A DNA stretch of 59,319 nt, the filler included, from Platydemus manokwari (lineage: Eukaryota): the NCBI GenBank assembly GCA_037951405.1. It is 5 parts of 5 records of this genome, joined end to end, with 100 filler letters (N's around TTAATTAATTAA, not from the genome) between each part and the next. Parts side by side here need not be neighbours in the genome. Positions count along the whole stretch, not along the records: positions 1 to 10,456 come from JBBMOY011132551.1; positions 10,557 to 26,321 come from JBBMOY011242540.1; 3 more parts are not named here. One strand, 5' to 3'. A model generated the notes under the pieces. The model saw only the letters and a program-made list of their open reading frames with translations, was not told the origin of the DNA and made no database searches. Shown here piece after piece: positions 1 to 13,229 of this stretch. The position numbers and the translations under genes are program-made. How positions within the stretch are numbered: position 1 is the stretch's first letter; each line of letters opens with the position of its first letter.

Positions 1-1441
1 CCAAATGTTGCGTAGCTATGTTATGTTTAAATGATTTGGTAAAACAAAAACTTTAAACAACTAAAAAACATGAATAATTTTTGACTCAGCCTAATATCAA
101 TTGATATTGGAATGTTTATTTCGAATAGAAAATATATTGATATTAAAAAATACAAATAATCAATTTAATTTATTTGAATATTTTTATTAAATATACTTTT
201 ATGGTGTAAAATTCTAAGAATTTTTTCAAATCCATACCATGGAAGTAAAACAAAGATGCTTATAATTTTTTGTCTGAATTGATGAATATAAGATATAGCA
301 AGTCCTTCCGTTATCAATATGATGAAATGCATTGACTTTGCAAAACATTTATTATAAGATAACTATTTTTAAAACCAGATTACTCACATTACTATGTTAA
401 TAATAATTATTATTATATTGGTTTTTAATAATCATTTTGTGGTCGCAATCAAAATCACAATTCAATTACCAATCCTCTTGGTAGGAATCTTGAATTACAG
501 CCTGACAGCAAAAATGCTTTAAAACTAATTTGTTTGTAAGAATTTTTGGGTTTCTCGGAGATTGTTAGAAATTATGTTCACAATATAATAATCCCAGTGT
601 TGGAATATTGAATTCTGGTGGATTAATTTTGAGCAGATCTCTAAATGAGTATTCATTAAAATTTTTCCAGTCATTTATGTCTCTAAGCCTCCAGATATTG
701 ATGAATCCTGTGAAATACAGAGATATATTTTTGTCTATTTGTACTTTTTATTTTTAAATAACATATCATTTTAAAAAACCTTCTGTTTACAATAGCTAAA
801 GATAGATTGATAATTCCAGTCTTGATATTTATAAATTGTGAAGTGGATGGAGATTTCTAATTTCTCGGCTTTAACTTTAAAGTAATTTTTGCTACTTTAA
901 AAATGATTTCAATAAAGTTTTGATAAAATCCGTTTATTACGTTTGATATCATTTTCCTCAATATCAATAGGTGGTTAATATCATCCCAATCGAAAATCCA
1001 TCCACAATATACTCGGAATTTTGTTTGTTTAAAAAAAATTCAATTTAATATCACTGTTGCGTTAAATTATAAAAATTTCAAAACTAATTTTCGAAATAAT
1101 ATCGCTTGGTTAGTTGAATTGATGGTAAAAAAAAAAAAGGATATTCTTCATTACAGTTAAAATCTCCATACAACTTATCAAGTACACCTGAAATAGTTTC
1201 ACAATCCCAGCTGGAATAATTATAACGGGTAATAAAACTCACGCCTATTTAGAGGTGAATAGCTTGTTGGTCGTATTTTGTTTTCAATTACTTTTTATTC
1301 GTGTTTTTTGGGTAATATCTTAGACAATATGAGCAAATTTCAAATTTCCATAACTAAATAAATGGGAAAATTGTAGGAATATTTCATTAATAATCAGAAA
1401 ACTTTCTTCTTGAACCAGTTTGTAACGAATTATTGAAATGA

Positions 1442-1600
1442 TATTTGTTGCTATCTATTAGCGAAATCAGTACAGTGCCTTTATGCACATTACTAGCAAG
1501 CAACGAAAATCGTTTGGCTAATTGATTTGAGAAAGAGATTCGAAGAAAAGAGCAAAACGAAAACGTTTACAATTACCATTGAAAATGAATTAAGGAATGT
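1442..1600 (+). mobile_element. Possible Copia-type gag (UBN2-like) scrap
   Basis: YLLLSISE/SVQCLYAHY*QATKIVWLIDLRKRFEEKSKT resembles the ILLSISD...TAxEIWxxLxxRFE gag pattern; short and broken. Confidence 0.3.
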
Positions 1601-3092
1601 TACAAAATGAAAATTCATTTTCATCCTAATATCAGATATTGGTTAGAGTTAAATGAATATGTTTTCGAAGACAATGTGTACATATTATTTATCATATTGC
1701 TAATTTGCAGTGCATTAAAACTGGAATGGGAACCGATTCATGATTCAACCGGGATGGTAATTGATGGGTAGAGAATATGAAAGATGTTTTTTGTTGAATT
1801 ATATTACATTTATTTACTCGATCAAAAACGAATTTCTTGTTGAATTATAAGTGATTTTGTTTCAGTAATATAAATATTTCATGTCCTGAATTATTGGACT
1901 CTTTAATCCAATAGAAAAATCAAATTAAACTTCACATTAATATAATCATTTGGTATAACTAAATTCACTCCCGTTTGGTTTTTCAGACTCAATTCGTCGA
2001 TAAAATTAAATATGAAAATATTCTTAAGGTATTTTGTGAACTTAATATGAGATATCGGACAAAACATTTCCAGAACAACGTTCCTCAGCTCTATTCATTC
2101 ATTTATTATACACTATTCTTAATTCAATTTACTTTGAATCATTGAGGACCAGACGATCTTTCTTTGTAACTATTAAGGAAACAGCATTTCAACAATTTCA
2201 AAGATTTTGACGAACTCAGTGGCTACTGATACATCAATTCTTGCAATATGATCTTATCTGAGTAAATTCGAATACAATTTTGTAGAGCCGGTCACTTTCT
2301 TTACATATTTCTTTTATGACTGAAGAAATCAAAGGTCAAAAAATTTAACCGTATTTGACGTTTGTTTTATCCTTTAATCTAATCAAAAGTTTTAGATTGA
2401 ATGGAACCGGAATTTCTTCAATGCGACACTGGAAAGTATTTTGAAGATTAGAGCTCAATAATGAATTAAATCAACAGTTTGTAATGTATTTTTTATTAAT
2501 GAACGATAAAAGTGATAAAAATTTTTGTCTGGAAGTGGACATGGACGAAACTCTATCCCCAAAAGATTTTACACACGCACAACTAAGAGTCATGGAATAA
2601 CCTGTAATTAAACTGTTAAAACTCAAACAACCAAAGCATGCAAATATTTATAATAATGATATATTTATAAGTATAATTCCAAAGTTAAATTTCAGATAAG
2701 GCAGTCAACAGCAATCATCAAATCAACCCCATCAGGTTACAAGCAAGATTTATATTTTTAAAAAGAAGTTAAAAAGTAATTTTTTTAGAAGGGAGTTGTC
2801 CACCATAAATATCAATCCATCTAAAACATTTAAAATATTTTTTAAAATAATTAAACAAAAATTAAAGCCGATTTCATACTTCTCAGTTAAAGTGGTAGCA
2901 GCTCATATTTGCTTAAATGCTCCGGCGACAGCAAATTAAAGAAATTCAAGAAACTTAAACATGACAATTAACATGACTTTTAACCTGAGACAATTGCGAT
3001 CTTCAGTGATGTTCTGTAAACAAGGTTTATGACATTTAGTTATAATATATTATATAAATTTATATGCTTTATATTCATTTTTATTCCAAAAT

Positions 3093-3168
3093 TTATAAAA
3101 TTATCTCATGCGCGAAAATTCATTATAAAGAAAGTATTCCAAAGTACCATTTTTTCTTAACTTATGCC
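3093..3168. mobile_element. MITE family A terminal fragment (inverted)
   Basis: TTATAAAATTATCTCATGCGCGAAAATTCATTATAA...TTTTTCTTAACTTATGCC approximates the reverse complement of 5046-5120. Confidence 0.65.
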
Positions 3169-5045
3169 AATTATCATAATTAGTACAAATATTAATTAAA
3201 ATTAACCATTTAAATTTTATATCATTGAGAACAACTAGGCAATGAGCCGGTAAAACAAAGAACATAAATTCTCAAATTGTTTATTTAACTGACAAGTTAT
3301 TTATTTTATCTAAAAATTTATTTGTTTAATAAAACAGAGAACTTCCTGAATATATAAAATCTATTGTTGGAAGCCTTTAAGAGTCAACTTTTCTTCGGTT
3401 CAAGAAATTTCCTTTTTCGGCAATTAATAAATTTATAGGATCGATGTAAAAAGATCGATAACGGTGAGTAGTGATAAATAAATCGAGATTTTCTTGCTGA
3501 AATCAAATCATATGTGAACTTCAAAATCACTTGTTAGGCTGTTGTACAGCAGGTTGAGCCTTGTTGTTAAACATTATATACATATCAATCATTACATTAG
3601 TGAAACTCAACATTAATAAATATAATTCTCTTCCGTGTAATTCAGTTTTGGTTTCCTTTTGTTTTCAAATAAATGAATCTCACTTAACAATTTTGAATCT
3701 CTCACTGAAACTGGTAATCAACAAATTACGATTTCTGTTCGGCTGATGTTAAACAGGTTTGTCATCTTTGCTAATTTATCGATTATATTGATTTTTAATT
3801 AATATTTCTATTAAAAATTCTTCTTCAGTTTTAAAGTAATTAACTAATGACAAAAACATAAGTCGTTGTGAATTACAAATAAAATTCGATTGTAACAATG
3901 TTCTCAAAAACAACAATAATATATTATCTAATGAAACAAATGACCATAAAATTCTCTAATACAATTCTTTTGATTTTATAATGAATCTCTTCCATCACAT
4001 TTAATCAACTCTGCTATTATAATTATCTCTATCTTTGAAATTTTTCATGGAAATCTTATCTCCAACCATTCATATTTGAATCGGTCAAATAGGATTTCCG
4101 TTCGATTTTATAATTTTTGATATCAACGTAATGCATTTATCATTTGGTTTTTTATTTTCAGTACGTTTGATGATCGTTATCAATATTATCGTTATGAGTT
4201 AATAATTATAATAATAGTGATAATAATAATAATTATTATTATTATAAGAATAATAATAACAATAAGCCTGATATTACTCGGTTCCCATTGTGACTCTATA
4301 ATTCTACGGGACTCCACTTTTAATTAAGATAAACTCAGAATAAAAATCTATTTCGATTAGAACAATACTGGATAGGGCAATTTAAAATTTCGAATTTGAT
4401 AATTAGTCAGTTATAAAAAACATGACTTCATTCCTGAAAATATTTCAGGATAAAAATACAAAACTTCTTATGGTTCTAACTACTATGTTTCTTACTTATA
4501 CGGTTATTCACAAATATTGTGTTCATGCATTACAACAGTATTTTCATGATAATCAAATCACTTACAGGTAAACTTTATTTGTAATCGAGATTCAAGCTTA
4601 GATTTTTCTAGTTTGTATGTCTAAATGGCAAATCGCACTGTTTGGCTATTCTTTACATTTATTTTCCACGATAATATGATTTTAATTTCTTAATACATAA
4701 CTTTAACTTTGATTGTTTTCCATGTTTTCCACAAGTTGATACTTTTAATAATTAATTTTATATGTTTTACATTGTTAATGAACTTTTCAGTGAAATATCA
4801 TTTGCATATTTCGGTTATTTTCAAGACATTTTTTATTTAATTTTCAATTATTTACTTCCTTTCCTTGGGGATCACGTGTTTAACGCTATTTATTTTTATC
4901 CAATCGTAAATGCGATTTACAAGAATAATAATAATTGCGCTAGTTATAATAATACTCACAATTACGGTAAAAACATCTTTTATTTGCATCAAAATTTATT
5001 GTTTCAAATGTAGCATGTGTTTATTCAAATATCTAAACAAAACAA

Positions 5046-5642
5046 GGCTTAAGTTAAGAAAAAGGGTCCTTTGACCTACTTTCGTTATAATGAATTTTCG
5101 AGCATGAGATAATTTTATAACTTGATTTTATATATAACTGCTGTTTGATGTATTCGCATAATTCAGTTAAAATCTCATTTTTAATATGTTTATTAGTGAC
5201 AAAACATAGTTATAAAACCAAGTTCCCTTTCTAATCATAACATTTCTATACGATTATTTGAGTTTTTAAATTTTTATAATTATAAATCGAGTTAGTTAAT
5301 TACAGACATGTTTAATAATATCATTGGTTATTTTTGTAAAATAATTGTAAAATTTGAGAATATCTTCTAATTTGTTTTCAATGTTAAAAAGGGGTCGTCG
5401 CTAATTTTCTATAAATTGAAATTCGGCCTACTTTTTCATTTTTTCAAATAATCAAATTTTAAGAGATTTTGGAGCTGTAGTTAATTTAATATTTGTTTTC
5501 AAACAACTAAAATTATTCTTAAGTACTTAAATATAAAATTCAAAATGTTTTTAAAGAAAATAATTAAATAAACTATATAGATTTTTGCAATACACTCAAC
5601 AAATTTAAAATTTCATTTTAGAACCCTTTTTTAACTTCAGCC
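5046..5642. mobile_element. ~600-bp non-autonomous TIR element (MITE family A)
   Basis: Starts GGCTTAAGTTAAGAAAAAGGGTCC, ends GAACCCTTTTTTAACTTCAGCC (imperfect inverted repeat); homologous inverted copies at 36619-37083 and 3093-3168; no TSD seen. Confidence 0.75.
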
Positions 5643-8600
5643 ATTTTATCTATAATATATAATTAATATTATTTTGCTAATCGTAATTCGATTGTATCAT
5701 CATACGGACAGGTAATCAACGAAACAAATTCTTTTCGAAATGTGATATGAAATCCATCACCAAAGAAATGAATACATAAATTTACAAAACACAATTTCAT
5801 ATGTATCAGATATATTGCTCAGAAAAATTGGGTCTGCACACACATATACACACATACACACACTTATATATTTTATATTTATTGACTATTTATAATAAAA
5901 TATCGAATAAATACAAAGTAAAAGCTTCACACTAAAATATTAAATATAAAACACTATTTCATTGATCTTAAACCTGATTTCAAAACATTGGAGATGAATA
6001 GTTTCATTCTAATTTATTATGGTTTCATGTTTTTCCACTTTAAACAGTCTAGAACATATGATTGATTACATAATCAGATTGATTTCCAAATCAAATAACT
6101 TTCTAACAAAAAATAATGACAACAAATAAGATCCACATTATTATTTAAAAGAAATAAAACATCAAAGAACTTTGGTATGTTCCATATGAAATCAGCCAAA
6201 ACAATCGAATCGATTGAAATATTATCTAATGAAAGTAACAAAAATAATTCAATAATTCATTCAAATCAATACAAATCATTATTTAATAAACAATACAAAA
6301 TTTTTGTCAATTATCACCATAATTACATCGATTATGAAAATAGAAGATATATCAATTATAATATTCATACTTCTACTATAAGTACACTGGTTGAAATTGT
6401 AGACTTATCTGTTACTCTCTCTCTATCTATCTATCTCATTTACGAGCATGCAAGAGTCAGGGTAACAGATATAAGAAAATAAGAAAGATGATAAAACACA
6501 CGCACAAAAGTCGACATTTATGTGCACAATGAAAATTGGTAATACAAATCAATAGAGGCTTAGAAAACACAATGAGCACAACATACACAAGCACCATGTG
6601 GTCTTAATGGATCATATCATATTTTTAATAAATTATAAACCTGTTTGTTTGTAAAGCTATTGCATAATGATTGATGATAAGCATATATAGATATATTTTA
6701 GAATTGGCATCGTCGTTACTATGCGAAACTCAACTGAAGAACGTGATATACATTAATGGTCTGATCTAACTGCGCCAAATGAAAAACAATTGGTCCAAAT
6801 TGACATTAGATCGATAATTTGAATTAGTTAAAGGAAGTCTTGAAATTGCACCAATGATAGCAAACGAATAATGTTGACATTGATTTAGTTTTTTTGTAAT
6901 TTAAGTCATCTTGGATGTTTAGTAATTACGGCGATTGTATTGATTATTTTTTATGAAAATTTATAATGAAAGTGAGCGATCAATTAGCACAATTTCAAGC
7001 TGATAGCTTGGATTACACTAGCAATGAATTGTGCATTGATTTCGGTGTGTAGACGTGGAATTAGGAGAAAAAAAGATATTTTCATTTATAGTTTTTTGAA
7101 AATTTTCAATTATCCGTGTCACTAGACATTAACCATAGAAACTAGATATTAAATTTGAAAATGAGAGAAGCATTAACATTTATGATTTGTAGAAAATTGG
7201 AATATTTCATATTGAATACCAATGTAAAATATAAAGCTTACAAAACAGAACACCGTCTTCCTTCATTTTAGTTAGAACGAAAAGAAAAATCCATCCGACA
7301 CCATTTTCAGATAAAAGCTATGGTTTGATAATTCTTAATGATTTCAAACCGATATACTCAATTTTACTGACAGGAAAATATCAAAAAATGTGTTTCGAAA
7401 GAAAACCAAAATAAGATATTTCTATCCCAGAATTTTTAAATGCTTGTTATTTCTCGAACCAGGTTTGTTCCTGTGTATGGAATTTGGTTTTGCTTTAAAT
7501 ATAATCCAAATTATTATTTGTTATCAAATTTCCCACAGATGGTTTTTTCGCAATAAATGTTTTTGAGCGTAAATTATAAGTAAAATGATTTAAATATGGA
7601 ATTGTAAATGGTTAAAATATGTTTCTATGGATCAATAATAAAAATAAATATATTATAAATCAGATATTTCGTTCTTAGTCATAATTGGAAGAGATGATTT
7701 ATTTCAAAATCTTATATTCGAAAAGAGCACGCAAAATTAAATGTATTGCACAACCTGGGGAATGAAGTAATCTCAATAATAATTACGTCACAACGTATCA
7801 CCTTCAAATGCTACAAACCATCACGGAAGCACATTAGTTAGGTCGCAATTAATGAGGCAAATTGTAAATTTTGATTCAATCATCACAGCTATATGAAGAT
7901 TATACTAGTATAATAACATGCATTAATAAACATAACTATATTAGATACTAAAGCCATATACTCTCTTAAAAATGAAAAAACTCTATAAATAACAAGTCGG
8001 AATCCACACGTATGAAATGATATAATTACACATCAATTTGTGAAATTTTCCGCCAAAAACGGATCTTTTAGAAAACAATTTATTTGTTCCACATTTACCA
8101 ACGGTAATGACGAATATTTGTAGAAAAACATTCATTGTCAACTTATATTTTCGATAAAAACCCATTTTTAATAATAAGAGAAAATTAGTTCCCTTCATCA
8201 CACCTTTGACATCCTTTATATTTTCGATCAACAACCAATTTCTCCTCAAACAGTAAAAAAAATCTATTAAAAATACGAAACTGAATTTCGAAAATGAATA
8301 AATATTAAATTTCGTCACGAAAACTCATGAAAGTAATGCAATAAATACTTTCTCTTTCAAAGTCCTGATCACAGATAAAAGTAAATAAATTAATGCTAAA
8401 CGAAATTCAATAAAAAACAATTGTATGATCAAACATAAAACCTACAAAACAATAATGATCTGATAATTATAATAATTCCGCTAAATCACGTATTGCATCA
8501 GTGGTTGGCTCAAGGCCAAAAACAGATTAATAACACATCAAAATGACATTGAAATTGTATTGATAAAATCACACTATTTAATGTTTCGAAAGTCAACCAA

Positions 8601-10456
8601 TATAATTTCTAATAAATGTGCGAGACATATTTTATCCAAAAATAAAGGGAAAGAATCGCTTTATTATTGTTTATTCACTTAAAATCCATATGATGATCGA
8701 AACAAAAACTAGAAAATGACCATTGTGCCAGTTAGAATATCGTAATCTTTAATCTAGTACACACACAACTAACAACTGCAAATATCTGTAGATGCAATGA
8801 CTCATTCAGCATCATGAAGTATACCCGTTTTGTCCTTGATCGGAAGAAGGTGATTGGTTCATAGAAAAATAATAACTATTACTCAGACTGGCATACGGTC
8901 GATTTATTGGCAGAAACTATTTCACGATGTCTGCAATCATAATTCGTTCTTCTATAAAAAATAATACCTAGTCTATAATTAATCACACCACTTCTTTTCG
9001 ATTAAAAATAAAATAAATGCTACTGATAAATTTCTATGACTAGTTAAAAAAAATGATCATATTCACCAGAGTATATTTATGCTCATAAGCTTCTCATGAT
9101 TATTCAACATGCGACGTTATTTATGATTTATTATTATAATTATTAATATAATAATAATTATTATTATTATTAAATTATGTGTATCACATGAAAGTGAATA
9201 TTATAAAATGCAAATTATCTAATTAGTCTATCTGCCAATACGACATTCTACAGGCACAACATACATTCTATGTTCCAGGTTTCAATGACACCCAGTGGCG
9301 CTCAAATTATGTATAGCATTCTTATGAGCATGTAATTCAAAACTCGAATATCAATCGTATTGACGAGAATCAAATAATAATAAATTAAAACGAAATTATA
9401 GAAATTAAACAAGTCAATGAAACAGTAGATCATGAAATGTAAAACTAAGTTATGTACAACCATCACAAATATTCTACAATTTAATCACAAGTTCAAATTT
9501 TTTTTAATGAAAATTTTAAACAATACTATTACACTAATGTTTAAAACACAAAAATTCGGATCATCATCATCATCACATCATCATCAAATTGATCGAAATT
9601 TAAGTCGGTATTTCAAAAAGTTGCTTGTAAGCCCAGTCGACGACAAAACGAATGAAAAAAAATTTAAGTGAAATATATTTATTTATTTTAATTTTATTAT
9701 CGGATTTATTATCTGAGATGGTTTTTATTTTTTTTTTAAAAAAAAGAATCATGCGTTAAAATTAAAAATATAAAAGAAAAGCAAGACAAAGGAAGATTTT
9801 TACAAAACAAATAAGAGCTGGATAATCATCAATATTCATATAAAAATTCATTTCCGCATGTCAATGATTTGAAAAAAGTAATTTCTATTCTATATTTCAT
9901 AAATTATTTCGTCATTTTTAAAAGGTTACAACACTCTATAAAGTGCTTTATAAAAATAATAATAATAATAAATATTTATATTCATTTAAGTTAAATCAAT
10001 CCAATTAATAAAAAAACAATACGCAGTCAACAGTAAAGAATACTTGAAAAATATATTGATTAAAAATAAATAAAAATTCAGTAATTAATTTTGTAAATAT
10101 TTCCCGCTTAAAATCCATTTCAAAGAAACAAAATACCTTTCATCGAACTTCATTTGTTGTAGAAGAATCGTCGTTACTGTATTTGTAAATATTGTGATTC
10201 GAATATTGAAAAAAAACCCATTGGAAATGTAAACAATTTTCTGTGTGTGTGGAAAAATTCAATGAAAAACAAAAGCTTCTTCAAATAAATACTATTTCGA
10301 TTTCAGTGCTCAAAATATAATTTTTTATAATCCATAAAAATCGTTAACAAATATCCGAATAAATGATATGATTATGTAATATTTGAATGGAAACAATCTA
10401 GACATAAAGAAACAGCATATGATTTGATATTATAAACAGTTTTTAAAATAAATGGT

Positions 10457-10556
10457 NNNNNNNNNNNNNNNNNNNNNNNNNNNNNNNNNNNNNNNNNNNN
10501 TTAATTAATTAANNNNNNNNNNNNNNNNNNNNNNNNNNNNNNNNNNNNNNNNNNNN
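10457..10556. other. Assembly spacer (44N + TTAATTAATTAA + 44N)
   Basis: Identical 100-nt construct occurs four times; TTAATTAATTAA gives stops in all six frames. Confidence 0.98.
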
Positions 10557-10914
10557 GTTTATAAGTTATTCGGTATTTTACACAGAGAAGATACGTGTAA
10601 CTGGACCGATCAATACTACATCATTTTTATGTCATTTTTAATCAGGTTCTCTTATTGAAAATCTGCATTAGAATTGATTTATTTCGTAGATAATATAACA
10701 CCATCGAATGAAGTAGTAATATTTTAATGATAGAAAGGCGATATTTATTGCAACATGAGCAGTCTAATTTGTTTTCTTAAACAGTTATATCCTAAAATTA
10801 TATATAACCCTTTTCTATTTAACCGAAGAGCTTCTAATTTTTGATGCTAATATAATTTGATTTGAAGCATTTCTTCTATTCGTCGTATAATTCATTTTTG
10901 TGTTTATTCCATAG

Positions 10915-11239
10915 GAAAATTACAAACGCTGGAAATCTTATTGAAACGTCTTCACAAAGAAACTCATAGATGTCTAATTTTTACACAGATGACTCGAATG
11001 CTTGATATTCTTGAACAGTTTCTATCTTATCTCGGTTATAGATATTTGAGATTAGATGGCACAACAAAAGTTGAACAGAGGCAGTTGTTGATGGAAAGCT
11101 TCAATCAAGATTCAAGAATATTTGTTTTTATTCTCAGTACCAGATCTGGTGGCCTTGGTGTTAATTTAACAGGGGCCGATACTGTGATATTTTACGATTC
11201 AGATTGGAATCCTACAATGGATGCTCAAGCACAAGACAG
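10915..11239 (+). CDS. SRCAP: SWR1/SRCAP/domino-family SNF2 ATPase, first visible exon (helicase C-terminal domain); gene is 5'-partial
   Basis: ATAG acceptor at 10911-10914, GT donor at 11240. Translates (G)KLQTLEILLKRLHKETHRCLIFTQMTRMLDILEQFL...FILSTRSGGLGVNLTGADTVIFYDSDWNPTMDAQAQDR, the SWR1/INO80-class HelicC motifs IV-VI. All 8 exons sum to 2675 nt and stay in frame to the stop at 20040-20042. Confidence 0.95.
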
Positions 11240-13030
11240 GTTATATATCAGTGTCTTTAAATGACTTTTATCGATTTATTAAAAATTATCACCGTGGTCA
11301 AATATTTATGTATTATGTAGATAAATTATTTTTTAATAATTTTTAGTAAAAGAATCATTTTAGAAATACATCAAATGATGTTTGCTTCATATCCTTATCC
11401 TAAAAAAATATCTGACGAAATTTTCTCTAAACAAATACTTCAGGGAAGGAGTGCGTTATGCATCATTTTGTAGAATGACTTATTTTGTTTCTCATCTTTG
11501 AATTAGCTATAGGCGCTTTAAATCAAATTTAATATACGAGTTATAGATTGAATTCTTTGCTCTTTCTGATTTAATAATTTTATATCCATATTAGTCCACC
11601 AAATTAACACAGCTTTTAACATTAGATATAAAATCGATTCCATCATTCTTGAATTATTTATCTTTTAATCTGTAAACACTATTGACTCATTTCTCAATCT
11701 TTTGTAAAGCAAATGTTAATATATTCGCATTAGTTTTATCGATTTTTCGGTATTGTGTTTCAAACTGTTTTGAAAAAATAAAGCTTGATACATATATATA
11801 TATATATGTGTGTGTGTGTTTGAAAATGAAAATGTGACCAATGAAATGTCTTTGAAATCGTAGATATCAGCTTTTGAATTTTAATTAGTTTGGATTTATA
11901 TATAATTATAATTGATATTCAAAGATTATTTAAACGTCTCATATTCGTCGAAACATACTTTGAATATAAGATTGTACGCCTGGTGGAAGACGCCTTAAAT
12001 CTTATGGTGGTTATGGATGATTCTTAAGTGACCGAAAAGCTTGATTAATTAGAAGACAGTGCTGGATAATTCTGTCATAAACTATTCCATTAAAGAGCTA
12101 GTGATTTTTGTATAAAATCTATTTTGTCAAATTTTGTACAACTAATTAATTATAATTTATATTATTCTCTAAAATTTCTAAGAGAAAGGTGTCCGAAAAC
12201 CGTGCGCAAACTTAGCAAACCTTCAGATGGAGTATATCTTTTTTAGTGAAAAAAATCATTATTTAGGTTTGTCAATAAAGTTATTGCTATTGGTGGAGTG
12301 ACTATTATGAGGTAAAACTAGGGCAGTATTTACAGAAATTCCCAACTGGCTCTACTTGATCGCTTAGAAACTTAAATTTAAAGGTCCTTCAACAAAGAAT
12401 CACATTATATAATACATTGAGTTAATCAATTGCCATATTTATCCCATTGAAGACCCTTGAGAATCTTACAACAATTATGATAAGTGCTAAAGTATAAAAT
12501 GATTTTTATGACCTTGAAAATGACATGAAAATCATATTTTCCAAGGAAAATCTCTTGAACTAAATTATAATTGTGATCCAGAATTATTATCTAATTTTTT
12601 ACACTTATATTATTATATAAATTTATATTCGGTGAAGACAGTCATTATTCATATTAATAAAACACTAACTTTATTTTATATTCAAATGTTTTACCCCTGG
12701 GATTATTTAACCTCTAATACAATGTATTCACACATTATTCATATCATAACGAAATAACTAATATTTATAATAGAATCTTCTATAACTTCATTGTACTCCT
12801 GTATTATTATTCTTTAATTAGAATCTTAGATTTTACAATATTGAATTATATCTTCTGACTCAGACATAATTTTATTTCTATTTTTTTTACTTATTTATCA
12901 ATTTACTCTATCGAAAATAACTTTTATAATCAATTACGATTAAATTGACTGAAAGATGCTCTTATATATATATATATATATGATATGTTTTTATCTGTAG
13001 TTGTCATTAGATAAATTATTTATTTCACAG

Positions 13031-13229
13031 ATGTCATCGAATTGGTCAGACTCGTGATGTTCACATTTATCGATTAATCAGTCAAATGACAGTTGAAGAA
13101 AATATTTTGAAAAAAGCCAATCAAAAGCGAACATTAAATGATATGGCAATCGAGGGTGGTCAATTCAATACAGCTTTTTTCAAATCCAATACTCTACAAG
13201 ATCTTTTTAAAGCACCATCTGGTTTGGAA
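13031..13229 (+). CDS. SRCAP: SRCAP/domino exon 2 of 8 visible
   Basis: TTTCACAG acceptor; continues AQDR|CHRIGQTRDVHIYRLISQMTVEENILKKANQKR...IEGGQFNTAFF (SWR1 signature); donor GTGAGC at 13230. Confidence 0.95.

Noticed and set aside
3561-9671. Short ORFs in the first contig (3561, 4762, 6177, 7983, 9432)
   Set aside because: I/N/F/Y/K-rich translations typical of random AT-rich DNA; no motifs or consistent exon chain.
10137-10240. Possible minus-strand exon (CAG...GTATTT) with one open frame
   Set aside because: No recognisable product and no partner exon found.
10501-10512. Recurrent TTAATTAATTAA motif as a biological repeat
   Set aside because: Always centred in exactly 44+44 Ns; an assembly linker.
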